Shown: in pieces, positions 9,238 to 18,822 of the stretch
How the letters are laid out: each line of letters opens with the position of its first letter
Numbering within the stretch: position 1 is the stretch's first letter
Source of the DNA: Terrimicrobiaceae bacterium
GTDB lineage: Bacteria > Verrucomicrobiota > Verrucomicrobiia > Chthoniobacterales > Terrimicrobiaceae
NCBI GenBank assembly: GCA_040881805.1
Contig: JBBECL010000014.1
Location: 2,805 to 44,445, forward strand
Direction: 5' to 3'
DNA: 41,641 bases
Program-made: the position numbers and the translations under genes
The notes under the pieces: model-generated
The model's database searches: none
The model's input: the letters and a program-made list of their open reading frames with translations, nothing else
What the model was told of the DNA's origin: nothing

Positions 9238-10439
9238 GGTTTGCCGGGATCAACAACCCGGCCGAGGAAGAGGCACGTGCCGGAAGGGCGGTGTTGAATG
9301 GCAAAGAGGAAGGGACGGTCGATGACGAGTTTGATGGGGTCGGCGGGTATGGACATGGCACGCATCATCACCACAGCCGTGGCCGCAGCCGCTTCGGTTC
9401 CATCCTCATCAATCGCGATGAAGGTTTTGTGGAATACCTCGGAGATGTAGAGGTAGTCGTCGGGACTGCGGGGAGCGATTCCTGAAAAATCCGCACTCCC
9501 CCGGGGATCGTTGAACGCGCTGGGCATGCCAAGTTTGATGAGTGTGTCGGAAAGAGACAAGAGGGGAGGCTCCAACTTGAATTTTGGCAGTGTGAGAGCA
9601 ATCCGCTCCCGTGGCAGATCTTTGAGTCCGGCAAGGAAGGGAGCCGTGATTTTTGACTCGAAAGATTTCAAGTCTTTGTCCGGCAAAAGAACCAAAAATT
9701 GGAGGTCCGGGTTTTCGTAAGGCAGGGCCACCGCGATATATCCCTCCCCGCGCAGATACCCGAGCGATTCGGTTTGAGTCATCGCCACGGCCTCAACCCG
9801 GGTTCCATCCGTCAGATAAAAAGGAATGTCAGCCGTCGCGGATTTTGAAAAGGACCTGGCCCAGGGAGCTTTGAGGTAGATGGCATTTACCAACACCAAC
9901 CGGGTGTCCTCGGTGAGAGCTCCACCGGGGATCAAGTTCTTGATGCGATCCCGTGTTTGCTCCTCCACCCAGGCATTGATGCGTTTTTCGGCTGCCCGGG
10001 GACTTTTGATGAAATCGGCCAACTCCAAGGGAGCTTCGAATTCTTTTTTGAGGAGAGCGAGGTAGTCGGGATGAAACGGGTAGCCGACTTGACCGAAAAG
10101 GCGGTCGGCGATTGTGAGCGTGATCGGACTGTCCTTGCCCCCCAGCGCTGCCATGATGGGGCGCAGGGCGGCGAACGAATCCAGCGTCCCCTCCTCGGGA
10201 TAAAAGAGGGTCGCCGCCATCTGCTCTTTTGTGACCCCCGCCGCCCCGGCATAAGCCATCACAAGCGCGGATTGTATCGAGTAGGGGGAAATGAGGGCAT
10301 TCGTGTCCGGCGGCACAGCCGATCCGAGCAATTCCACCCCCAAGGCATTGGTGGATTCGGTGGCCGGGGTGGCATGGGTGGCGATGGGAAAAAGCATAAC
10401 GGAGAGAGCCAGCAAGCCCAAGGGTCGGTAGAAGTTCAC
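9234..10439 (-). CDS. Serpin family protein (secreted; inhibitory-type hinge)
   Basis: Signal peptide MNFYRPLGLLALSVMLFPIATHA. SPYSIQSALVMAYAGAAG; reactive-centre hinge DEDGTEAAAATAVV; C-terminal DRPFLFAIQHRPSGTCLFLGRVVDP. Confidence 0.92.
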   Translation of the reverse strand: MNFYRPLGLLALSVMLFPIATHATPATESTNALGVELLGSAVPPDTNALISPYSIQSALVMAYAGAAGVTKEQMAATLFYPEEGTLDSFAALRPIMAALGGKDSPITLTIADRLFGQVGYPFHPDYLALLKKEFEAPLELADFIKSPRAAEKRINAWVEEQTRDRIKNLIPGGALTEDTRLVLVNAIYLKAPWARSFSKSATADIPFYLTDGTRVEAVAMTQTESLGYLRGEGYIAVALPYENPDLQFLVLLPDKDLKSFESKITAPFLAGLKDLPRERIALTLPKFKLEPPLLSLSDTLIKLGMPSAFNDPRGSADFSGIAPRSPDDYLYISEVFHKTFIAIDEDGTEAAAATAVVMMRAMSIPADPIKLVIDRPFLFAIQHRPSGTCLFLGRVVDPGKP

Positions 10440-10513
10440 GATAATTGGATTCTACACCACAAGCCCGGAGTTTTGGATGTTTATTTTGCCGGAGACCCGA
10501 CTTATAGTGGGCT

Positions 10514-11776
10514 ATGTTCCATTGGAAATCTTTAGTGCTTGCTGCCGCGATGACGTCCATGGCTTGTGCCCAGCCATCCCATGAGAAGGCGGGAACGCCC
10601 GGGGAAGACTCTCCCTACGAGCACATCCAAGTTCTGGCCCGTGCGATGCAGTTGATCCGGCAAGATTTTGTGGATGACAAAAAAATTTCTTATCGGGACC
10701 TGACGTATGGGGCCTTGCGTGGCATGTTGGCGGAATTGGATCCGCACAGCCAATTCATGGAACCCACGGCCTTTGAAGGGATGCAGGAAGAAACCAAAAG
10801 TGAGTTTGGAGGTCTGGGGGTCGTGGTGACGATGGAGGGGGGAATTCTCACGATTGTCTCTCCGATGGAAGACAGCCCGGGGTTTGAGGCCGGGCTGGAG
10901 CCGGGAGACCAAATCCTGCAAATCAACGGGCAAACCACAGAAAAATTGACCCTCCCCGATGCGGTGGAAAAACTGCGGGGCGACGTGGGGGAAAAAGTGG
11001 TGCTCACCGTCCAGCGTCCCCGGACAAAGGAAATCAAAGATTACGAGCTGACGAGGCAGGTCATCAAGGTGTCGAGCGTGAAAGATGCGCAGGTTTTGCC
11101 ATCAGGTCCGGGGGAACCCAAAATTGGATATGTTCGCATCACCCAATTCAACGAGCCCACCGCATCAGAGTTGGCGAAAGCTCTCGACAAGCTCGACAAG
11201 TCCGGGATTGAGGCGCTTGTCCTGGACCTGCGCTACAATCCGGGAGGTTTGCTTGGGAGCGCGGTTGACGTCTGTGGTTTGTTTGTGCCCCCAGGCACAC
11301 CCATCGTTTCCACCGAGGGGCGTGCTCCCGGCCGCGAATACACGTCCGCGGCCAAGGGCAACAAACCAAGGACGTATCCCGTGGCTGTTCTTGTGAACTA
11401 TGCCAGCGCCAGTGGCTCGGAGATTGTGGCGGGAGCCCTCAAGGACCTTGGTCGGGCCATCATTGTGGGAGATACCACCTTTGGGAAGGGCTCGGTTCAA
11501 AGTGTGGCCGGGTTGCCGGACGGTTCGGCTGTCCGATTCACTACTGCCAAATATTACACACCGGCAAAGCAGGTGATCCATGAATATGGGGTCACGCCCA
11601 CCATCCGCGCAGGAATGACGGTGGAGCAGGAGATCGACTTGCTTCGGACCAGGCGGGAACGTTCTCCCGTGATCAAAGGGGAATCGGATCTTCAGATGGA
11701 CCCCCAGCTCTCGCGGGCCATGGATGCCTTGCGCGGGGTGCTCCTCACCTCCCGAAAGGCCGGGAAGGAATCCTGA
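10514..11776 (+). CDS. Carboxy-terminal processing protease, S41 family, with PDZ domain
   Basis: PDZ block GGLGVVVTMEGGILTIVSPMEDSPGFEAGLEPGDQILQING. Catalytic region LDLRYNPGGLL, ASASGSEIVAGAL, TFGKGSVQ. Confidence 0.9.
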   Translation: MFHWKSLVLAAAMTSMACAQPSHEKAGTPGEDSPYEHIQVLARAMQLIRQDFVDDKKISYRDLTYGALRGMLAELDPHSQFMEPTAFEGMQEETKSEFGGLGVVVTMEGGILTIVSPMEDSPGFEAGLEPGDQILQINGQTTEKLTLPDAVEKLRGDVGEKVVLTVQRPRTKEIKDYELTRQVIKVSSVKDAQVLPSGPGEPKIGYVRITQFNEPTASELAKALDKLDKSGIEALVLDLRYNPGGLLGSAVDVCGLFVPPGTPIVSTEGRAPGREYTSAAKGNKPRTYPVAVLVNYASASGSEIVAGALKDLGRAIIVGDTTFGKGSVQSVAGLPDGSAVRFTTAKYYTPAKQVIHEYGVTPTIRAGMTVEQEIDLLRTRRERSPVIKGESDLQMDPQLSRAMDALRGVLLTSRKAGKES

Positions 11777-11833
11777 ATCTGTTGTTGTCAGGGGAACCGG
11801 CACTTGCTGTAACAGAGGGGTGACTCACAACCC

Positions 11834-13303
11834 ATGAACTACCGGCTCCTGCTCAAAGTGCTGGGCTTGTTGGTTCTCCTTGTGGGCACGGCCATGCTGG
11901 TTTGTGAGGTGACTTTGTTATTGGACGAACGCACCCGGGATCTTGGGACCCATGATTTTGCGCTCTTGAAATCCTTCGGGGTCGCCACCCTTCTCGGGGC
12001 CTTGTTGCTTCTTGGGGGCCGGGGATCGGGGGACCAAATTTTGCGGAAAGAAGCCATTGCGATCGTGGGGCTGGGCTGGTTGATTTCGACCCTGGTCGGG
12101 GCTCTGCCTTTTCTATTTGCGTCACCGGCCCTCTCCCCCGCTGCGGCTTTTTTTGAATCTGCCTCGGGGTTCACAACGACCGGAGCAACGACGATCCCGG
12201 ACCTGAACCTTTGTTCTCCCCAAATCTTGCTTTGGCGCTCCACCACCCAATGGCTTGGCGGAATGGGCATTTTGGTGCTTTTTGTGGCCCTGCTATCCAC
12301 GCTGGGGGTTGGCAGCAAATCCCTGCTCAAGCACGAGTCTTCCGCGCAAAGCGGCTTTGGATTCCATACCCGCATCCGCCAGATCGCCATGCGGCTTTGG
12401 CAGATTTATACGGTGCTCACCGTTTTTTGTGTCCTCGGATTGATCCTTCTGGGAATGACGCCCTTCGATTCCGTGATCCATGCTTTTGCGGCAATTTCCA
12501 CGGGAGGGTTCAGCTCCCGCAATGAAAGTGTGGCGTTTTATGACAGTGCGTCCATTGATGCCTGGCTGTGTGTGTTCATGATTCTTGGCGGCATGAGCTT
12601 TCCACTTCTGGCGTGGCTTGTCCGGGGAGGATTCAAAAATGTTCGCAAGGATGAAGAGTTGCGCCTCTTCCTCGCTTTTTTGATCGTGGCCACCGCCATC
12701 ATCACCATCGATCTTGCGGTGCGAAGGGAGGAAAATCTTTTTCGGGGGTTGCAGATTGCCTCCTTTCAAGTTGTCTCCATCATGACAACCACCGGTTTCT
12801 GCACGGCAGACTTCGACACATGGCCCACCCTCTCCAAGGCGCTTCTTGTGACCCTGATGTTTGTGGGAGGATGTTCGGGCTCGACCTCGGGTGGGATCAA
12901 GGTCAGCCGGGTGGCAATCTTTTTTAAGACCACCGGCCAACAACTCCGGAATTCCTTCCGCCCCAATCAACATATCCCCATCCGTATGAATGGAGAGACC
13001 CTGGAGGAGGAGCAGATTTCCAAGGCCATGTTTTTTATAGCCCTCACGGCGTTTGTGGTGGCCTTCGTGACGCTTTTGATCACCCTTCTGGAACCCCAAC
13101 TGGATCTCGTGAGCAGCTTCACTGCCGTGGTGGCTTCCCTTTTCAATATCGGCCCCGGCTTGGGTGAGGTGGGAGCCTCCAAAAATTTTGCTTTCTTCTC
13201 CCCGGTGTCTCATCTGCTTTTGGGGATGGTGATGATCCTGGGACGCTTGGAATTTTTTGGTGTGCTGGCACTTTTTATTCCGGCCCTTTGGAAGCGCTAC
13301 TGA
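11834..13303 (+). CDS. trkH: TrkH/KtrB family potassium uptake membrane protein
   Basis: Polytopic membrane protein with repeated pore-loop motifs (SGFTTTGAT, ISTGGFS, MTTTGF, GGCSGSTSGGIK). Length is typical of the family. Confidence 0.88.
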   Translation: MNYRLLLKVLGLLVLLVGTAMLVCEVTLLLDERTRDLGTHDFALLKSFGVATLLGALLLLGGRGSGDQILRKEAIAIVGLGWLISTLVGALPFLFASPALSPAAAFFESASGFTTTGATTIPDLNLCSPQILLWRSTTQWLGGMGILVLFVALLSTLGVGSKSLLKHESSAQSGFGFHTRIRQIAMRLWQIYTVLTVFCVLGLILLGMTPFDSVIHAFAAISTGGFSSRNESVAFYDSASIDAWLCVFMILGGMSFPLLAWLVRGGFKNVRKDEELRLFLAFLIVATAIITIDLAVRREENLFRGLQIASFQVVSIMTTTGFCTADFDTWPTLSKALLVTLMFVGGCSGSTSGGIKVSRVAIFFKTTGQQLRNSFRPNQHIPIRMNGETLEEEQISKAMFFIALTAFVVAFVTLLITLLEPQLDLVSSFTAVVASLFNIGPGLGEVGASKNFAFFSPVSHLLLGMVMILGRLEFFGVLALFIPALWKRY

Positions 13304-14199
13304 GCGGATTCGTGTGTGAGCATCGCCGCGCCGAAGACCCCGGCACTGTCTCCCAAAACGGGCTTCAGAATTTTTGTTTTGAGCCCGGCATTGAACGTGT
13401 GCTTCAGGATCTCCCCGCGGGTTTGTTCGTCGTAGAGCAAGGACAAATTTCCCACACCTCCCCCGATCACAATGGCATCCGGATCCAAAATATTGATCAA
13501 GGCTGCCACAGCTTCACCAAATTTTTGTTGGAGCCGTGCAAGGGTCGCGGCGGCGTGGGGATCTCCCTCCCGGGCGGCAATTTGCCGGAGCGATAGCGAA
13601 TTCCCGGATCTTTCGTGGTAAAAGCGTTCCAAGGAGGGTCCGGCAATAACCGTTTCAACACACCCTTTCCGCCCGCAGTAGCAGGGGCTCTGCTCGCCGC
13701 ACAGGGGGTTATGGCCCCACTCGCCGGCAATTCCATGGACTCCCTGAATCAAGCGGCCTCCCACCACAAGACCTCCGCCGACTCCGGTCCCAAGAATCAA
13801 ACCCACCACAACATTCTCCCCTTTGGCGGCACCCAGGGTGGCTTCCGCGAGAGCAAAACAGTTGGCATCGTTGGCACAGTGGACACGGGATCCCAAAAGC
13901 CTTCCCAAGTCATCACGGAAAGGTCGGCCATTCAGGCACCGGGTGTTTGAGTTTTTTATCTTGCCCGTGGAGGGCTCGATGGCCCCCGGGGTTCCGGCAC
14001 CAATCTGCGGAGGGCAAGCCGCTCCACTTTGTTCTTCCAAGGCCGCGACAACCCTGGCGATCTGGCCGAGCACATGATCATAGCCCTTGGCGGATTCGGT
14101 GGGAAGACGAAGCCTGGCCACCGGGGTGTTCGGGGAAGCCGGATCAAAAATAGCTCCTTCGATCTTTGTGCCACCGAGGTCCAGCCCCCAAACATGCAT
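13297..14199 (-). CDS. ROK family sugar kinase (NagK/glucokinase-like)
   Basis: MHVWGLDLGGTKIEGAIFD; NDANCFALAE; LILGTGVGGG; GEWGH; zinc motif CYCGRKGCVET. Confidence 0.88.
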   Translation of the reverse strand: MHVWGLDLGGTKIEGAIFDPASPNTPVARLRLPTESAKGYDHVLGQIARVVAALEEQSGAACPPQIGAGTPGAIEPSTGKIKNSNTRCLNGRPFRDDLGRLLGSRVHCANDANCFALAEATLGAAKGENVVVGLILGTGVGGGLVVGGRLIQGVHGIAGEWGHNPLCGEQSPCYCGRKGCVETVIAGPSLERFYHERSGNSLSLRQIAAREGDPHAAATLARLQQKFGEAVAALINILDPDAIVIGGGVGNLSLLYDEQTRGEILKHTFNAGLKTKILKPVLGDSAGVFGAAMLTHESAQ

Positions 14200-14213
14200 G
14201 GAAAAAGCTCCGT

Positions 14214-15311
14214 TCAGACAGACACCCGCATCGGCATCAGCACATACAGGAAGGGTGTGTTGATTTTCACCACCCCGGGGCTGATCTCATCAATCAACTC
14301 CAAATGAACCTCGTCTTCTGTCAGATTGCGAAGAGGGTCCAGAAGGAACTCGGGATTAAAGGCAATCGAAAACTCTTTGCCCCGGTAGGCAATGGCAATC
14401 GACTCCCGCGCCTCCCCGACTTCCGGCGTGTTGGCCGAGATATCGAGGTTGTTTTTGGAAAAGGCCAGCCTCACGGAACTGGATTTATCGGTGCTAAGGA
14501 TGGACACCCGGCGGACGCTGTTGAAGAAGGCTTCGCGCTCCAGCGTGATGCGCTCTTTGGCTTCCCCGGGAATCACCTGACGATAATTCGGGTAGTTGCC
14601 CTCCACCAATTTGGAGGCCAGTTCGGCACCCGCCACGCGAAAGATCACCAAATTTTCGCCGGCAACAATTTGGACTTCTCCCTCATCGCCGAGGATCCGC
14701 TGCAACTCGGCGACGGCTTTGGTGGGAACAATAAAATCGCGCTCCTGGCTCTTGGGAAATTCAATATCGCTGTCGAACAGGGCCAACCGGCGGCCGTCGG
14801 TGGCGACCAGAGTCAGCTTGTTTTCCGTGAAAGAAAACAAGATCCCATTCAACACATAGCGGGTCTCGTCCACCGAAATGGCATAAGCGGTTTTGCGAAC
14901 CCCATCCCTCAGCTCCGATTGTTTGAGGGTGTAAGTCTTGGCGTCTTGGAAAGATGGGAAAGGCGGAAAATCCTCTTTGGGCAGCCCAAAAACTTTGAAG
15001 AAGCTGCTCCCACAGCTGATGCTGGTGATGTTTTTGGCATCCGTTTCCATCACGATCTCCGAGGAAGGCAACTCGCGGATGATGGCAGCCAAACGCTTGG
15101 CCGGGATCGTGGAAGCTCCCTGCTTTTCGATTTGTGCAGGAATCTCGCAACGAATAGCCACCTCCAGGTCGGTGGTGGTCAAGCGCAGCCCTGTCTCGGT
15201 GGTCTCCAACAAGGCGTTGGTTAATACGGGCAATGTGGCGCGGTTGCTAACAACATTCTGAATACGCTGGAGTCCATCCAGGAGGGCATCTTTGGTAACG
15301 GCAAACTTCAT
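14214..15311 (-). CDS. dnaN: DNA polymerase III beta sliding clamp
   Basis: MKFAVTKDALLDGLQRIQNVVSNRATLPVLTNALLET...LRLTTTDLEVAI...LVATDGRRLA...EGNYPNYRQVIP. Confidence 0.95.
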   Translation of the reverse strand: MKFAVTKDALLDGLQRIQNVVSNRATLPVLTNALLETTETGLRLTTTDLEVAIRCEIPAQIEKQGASTIPAKRLAAIIRELPSSEIVMETDAKNITSISCGSSFFKVFGLPKEDFPPFPSFQDAKTYTLKQSELRDGVRKTAYAISVDETRYVLNGILFSFTENKLTLVATDGRRLALFDSDIEFPKSQERDFIVPTKAVAELQRILGDEGEVQIVAGENLVIFRVAGAELASKLVEGNYPNYRQVIPGEAKERITLEREAFFNSVRRVSILSTDKSSSVRLAFSKNNLDISANTPEVGEARESIAIAYRGKEFSIAFNPEFLLDPLRNLTEDEVHLELIDEISPGVVKINTPFLYVLMPMRVSV

Positions 15312-15332
15312 GGGATAAGTATCAAACCCCTG

Positions 15333-15361
15333 CTTTTAAAGGGCTGCGGGTCATCTGTCAA
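15333..15361 (-). promoter_or_regulatory. Candidate sigma70-type promoter upstream of dnaN
   Basis: On the minus strand, TTGACA (15361-15356), a 15-17 nt spacer, then TTTAAAAG about 20 nt before the dnaN ATG. A second ATTGACAGA copy lies at 15389-15381, right after the permease stop. Motif reading only. Confidence 0.25.
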
Positions 15362-15390
15362 TTGTCTCGAAGGCTTGAAGTCTGTCAATC

Positions 15391-16245
15391 TCAACCCTTC
15401 AAGGCTCCGCTGCTCAGCCCGCGCACAAAAAGCTTCATGGTGAAGAGGAAGATCACAATCAGGGGCAGGCTCGCAATGAAGAAGGCCGCCATGATTTTTC
15501 CCCACTGCTTGACGTATTCCCCGTCCAGGTAAATCAGCCCGACACCAATGGTGAAGAGCTCGGGATCCCGAAGAATGATGAGAGGCATCAGGAAATCATT
15601 CCAGGCCCCGAGGAATTGCAAAATGGCCAGCGTGCCAAGAATCGGACCGCTCATGGGGATTACCACATTGCGCAGTTGCGCCAAGTGGCTGGCTCCATCC
15701 ATTTCAGCTGCTTCAAAGAGGTCTTTGGGGATCTCCTCAATAAAATTACGAAGCACAAAGATGCAAAAAACCTGGCCTCCTGCGATGCCCAGAATCACCA
15801 GCGCATACAGGGTGTTGAGAAGGTTGAGATTTTTCAGCAGGGCAAACAGCGGGACAATGTTTGCCACGCCCGGCAGAAGCATCAGCAGAAGAAAGGCAGC
15901 CCAGAGCACTCCGCTGAAAGGCATTTTGTAGCGGGCAAAAAAGTAGGCCCCCATGAGCGCCAAAACCAGGCTGCCAATGGTTGCTGTGACGGCGACAACC
16001 ACGGTATTGGCCACATAAGGGAGCACCAACTGCACGGCCTCCACATAGTTTTGCCAGATCCAAACCAGGGGATTGCTTGGCAGCCACGGGCTGGCCAGAA
16101 AGCCCGCGTTGTCTTTGACGCTGATTTGCAGCATCATGTAAAATGGAAGCAGTTCCACGGCGAGGATGATGACAATCAGAAGATGCTTGGGCCAGTCCCG
16201 GCCCTGACGCCCGCCCACGCTTTTGGTGATGGCCGTGCCACTCAT
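15391..16245 (-). CDS. Carbohydrate ABC transporter permease (MalG/CUT1-type)
   Basis: Six-TM permease with EAA-type loop FEAAEMDGASHLAQLRNVVIPMSGP. Confidence 0.88.
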   Translation of the reverse strand: MSGTAITKSVGGRQGRDWPKHLLIVIILAVELLPFYMMLQISVKDNAGFLASPWLPSNPLVWIWQNYVEAVQLVLPYVANTVVVAVTATIGSLVLALMGAYFFARYKMPFSGVLWAAFLLLMLLPGVANIVPLFALLKNLNLLNTLYALVILGIAGGQVFCIFVLRNFIEEIPKDLFEAAEMDGASHLAQLRNVVIPMSGPILGTLAILQFLGAWNDFLMPLIILRDPELFTIGVGLIYLDGEYVKQWGKIMAAFFIASLPLIVIFLFTMKLFVRGLSSGALKG

Positions 16246-17189
16246 TTGTCAACCCTCACGTATTTGTTGTTGATCATGGTGAGTATCAGAATAAAGACAA
16301 ACAGAAACAGCCCGAGGGCGCAGGCGTAGCCGAATTCCCCGGCCAGGAAAGCACGATTGAACATCCAAAGGCCCGGCACCATGCCTTTGCCACCCGGTCC
16401 GCCCTCCTCCCCAAGAAGCAGAAACTGCAACCCATAACCCTGCAAAGTGCCGATAATCATCAGCACAAACATGAGGCGGACCTGGGTCATGATGAGAGGA
16501 AGCTCGATGTGAAGGAACTTTTGAAATGGGGTGACTCCGTCCAAATCGGCAGCCTCATACACCTCGGTGCCGATGGACTGGAGACCGGCCAGGAAAATCA
16601 AAACGCCCACGGCCCCAATCCATGGGAAACCCCAGATAATCAGAGAAGGGACAATCAATGACGGCTCTCCCAACCAGGCAATGGGAATACCTTCCTGGAA
16701 GATGCCCCAATGAAAAATCCCATCGATATGAACAAGAAGTGTTTTGAGGCCGGTCGCATCGAGAACCTGGTTGAGAACGCCGAAGTTCGGATCAAAGAAA
16801 AACTTCCAGATGAACAGAGTCACCAAACCGGGAACAATCATGGGCAGGACCACCAGCACACGATACCAATACTGCCAGCGATCACTGGTGAGACGATGGA
16901 TCAAGACCGCCAAAAAGATGGAGGGGATCATCTTGAAGACATTGGCCACGACCAAGATGCCTATGGTGATAAAGGAATTCCAAAAGACATGATCCTTCAA
17001 AATGGCTGCAAAATTGCCCAGGCCGATAAACTCTTTCACGTCGCCTCCGGACCATCGGAAGAAGCTGTGATAAATGGCGCTTGCCGCAGGAAAGTAGGAG
17101 AAGAGGCCAACCGCCAACAAAGACGGGACAATAAAGAGGTAGAGCCTCCACTCCAGGAGGGCTTTCTTGGGACTGATGGGCAGAGACAT
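16242..17189 (-). CDS. Carbohydrate ABC transporter permease (MalF/CUT1-type)
   Basis: EAA loop YEAADLDGVTPFQKFLHIELPLI. 4-nt overlap with the downstream permease. Confidence 0.88.
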   Translation of the reverse strand: MSLPISPKKALLEWRLYLFIVPSLLAVGLFSYFPAASAIYHSFFRWSGGDVKEFIGLGNFAAILKDHVFWNSFITIGILVVANVFKMIPSIFLAVLIHRLTSDRWQYWYRVLVVLPMIVPGLVTLFIWKFFFDPNFGVLNQVLDATGLKTLLVHIDGIFHWGIFQEGIPIAWLGEPSLIVPSLIIWGFPWIGAVGVLIFLAGLQSIGTEVYEAADLDGVTPFQKFLHIELPLIMTQVRLMFVLMIIGTLQGYGLQFLLLGEEGGPGGKGMVPGLWMFNRAFLAGEFGYACALGLFLFVFILILTMINNKYVRVDK

Positions 17190-18808
17190 TATTTGGAATC
17201 TTCCTCGATGCGTTTTTCGGCTTTCCGAATCAGGTTTTTATGGAAGTAGGCGGCGCGGTCTCTTGCTGACATGGCAGCGGCAATCATATCGAATTTGGCT
17301 TGAGCGATGGCATCCTTGGGTTTGTTGCGGGCGACTTCGGCCAAGGCGGCAAGTTGCACGTCCATCCGTTGAATCCCTGCGGTGATTTCGCGCTGCTCCC
17401 TTTTCAAATCCACGAGAATGTAGGGGACAAAATTGGAACGGATGGCCCCGACAAATTGCTCGACACTTCCGCTTGGTCCGACCAGGTAATGAAAATTATT
17501 GGCGATGAGGCGGTTGGTATCCGCACGATTACCGCCATGCATCAGAGGGAAACCCGGGTTGTAGCCTTCGGATTGCATCATGAAAGCTTTCGCTTGGGGA
17601 TCTGGCGCGACACCCAGAACGGATGGAAGCCACTTGCTGGTGTTGGTGAAAAGTTGGTTGGTCTGTTTGCCTGCGAGAAAAAGAAGAAAGTCCTTGGCAG
17701 TCTCGGGGTGTTTGGAACCCCGGGTCAGCCCGAAGGACACCCCGGCGTTGCCACCAGCTTCGGTAAAGAGGCCGACGACGTTGCTGCCAAAGCGGGGGTG
17801 TTGTTTGGAGGGAAGCGGGATCTGCGTGGCCGCAAACCGGAAATTCGCTTGTTGCGAGATACTTGTGGCATCCCAACTGCCGGTGACGATCATCAGAGCC
17901 CGCCCCTGCACAAAATAAAAGCTGGCATCATCGCGGGTCACTTGCATGAAGCCGGGTTGCATTTCTGCGGCAATCTCACGCATCAATTCCAAACCACTGC
18001 GGACCTCGGAGGAATCCAATCCCCACTCCCCGTCCAACAGCGCTTCAGTTGTCCGCGCCGGCACTTCGAACAGTGTGCCGGGAGGACCCAATTCAAACAT
18101 TTTTTTCTGCGTTTGGCTGGCAAACAGCGCGTTCATCAAGAAGGGGGAGTTGTAGCGGGAGCCGGCAATGGGAATGATTTGTTCCCCCTGCTTTTGACTG
18201 AAGTCGTCCACTTGGTGCGTGAGAGCGACCAACTCATCATATGTGGTTGGCAGGTTCCTCGTTCCGGTGATTTTCTCAAGCAGGTCCAGATTCACATACA
18301 GCCGCACCGTGTGGCCTGAGATAGGAACTCCAAAATATTCCAGCAGGTTCTGGTTGAAGCCTCCCGACATGCCATCGACAAAGGTATCGCGGAGGGCGGT
18401 GTTTTCCAACTCGGTGCCTTGGTTGTAAGGATTGGGCTTTTGGGCGATGTCCGTGAGAGGCACAAAAAACCGGGCCAATCGCTCATCAGTTATTCCAATT
18501 CCGACCTGGATGATATCCGGCGCGGTGCCCCCCACCAACTGGGTGATCAGCCAGTTGCGGTAGATCCGTTCAGGGATGGGAATCTGCGTGATGCGGACAC
18601 CGGGATGAAGCTTCATGTATTCCGCGGCCATGGCATCAATGGCCGTGCGGACGCCCCCCTCCAATTGCCAATGGGCCAGTCTGATCTCAATCACTTGCGC
18701 TCCAGACTCGGTCTGTTCGCCAAATTTCAGCATGACAATCCGGCTCAGGCTGATGACAAAACAGAGGGCAAGAAGGCCAAGTCCGATGGTGTTGAGGATT
18801 CGTTTCAT
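17189..18808 (-). CDS. Extracellular solute-binding protein of a sugar ABC transporter (long form, N-terminal membrane anchor, C-terminal helical extension)
   Basis: N-terminal TM segment, then an SBP family-1-like sequence (HWQLEGG...AMAAEYMKLHPGVRI...GGTAPDIIQV). About 100 extra C-terminal residues. Sits directly upstream of the two permeases. Confidence 0.75.
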   Translation of the reverse strand: MKRILNTIGLGLLALCFVISLSRIVMLKFGEQTESGAQVIEIRLAHWQLEGGVRTAIDAMAAEYMKLHPGVRITQIPIPERIYRNWLITQLVGGTAPDIIQVGIGITDERLARFFVPLTDIAQKPNPYNQGTELENTALRDTFVDGMSGGFNQNLLEYFGVPISGHTVRLYVNLDLLEKITGTRNLPTTYDELVALTHQVDDFSQKQGEQIIPIAGSRYNSPFLMNALFASQTQKKMFELGPPGTLFEVPARTTEALLDGEWGLDSSEVRSGLELMREIAAEMQPGFMQVTRDDASFYFVQGRALMIVTGSWDATSISQQANFRFAATQIPLPSKQHPRFGSNVVGLFTEAGGNAGVSFGLTRGSKHPETAKDFLLFLAGKQTNQLFTNTSKWLPSVLGVAPDPQAKAFMMQSEGYNPGFPLMHGGNRADTNRLIANNFHYLVGPSGSVEQFVGAIRSNFVPYILVDLKREQREITAGIQRMDVQLAALAEVARNKPKDAIAQAKFDMIAAAMSARDRAAYFHKNLIRKAEKRIEEDSK

Positions 18809-18822
18809 GTTTTGCTCGGATG

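Noticed and set aside
11777-11833. Possible terminator or riboswitch between ctp and trkH
   Set aside because: Only a 6-bp stem (TCTGTT/AACAGA) with a 25-nt loop and no U-tract. The region is too short for known K+ or c-di-AMP riboswitches.
14166-15224. 352-aa plus-strand ORF
   Set aside because: Entirely antisense to dnaN, whose identity is unambiguous. No motifs.
15312-15390. oriC / DnaA-box cluster next to dnaN
   Set aside because: Only one weak TTATCC-containing 9-mer (6/9 match to TTATCCACA), and the spacer is just 79 bp. No AT-rich unwinding element.
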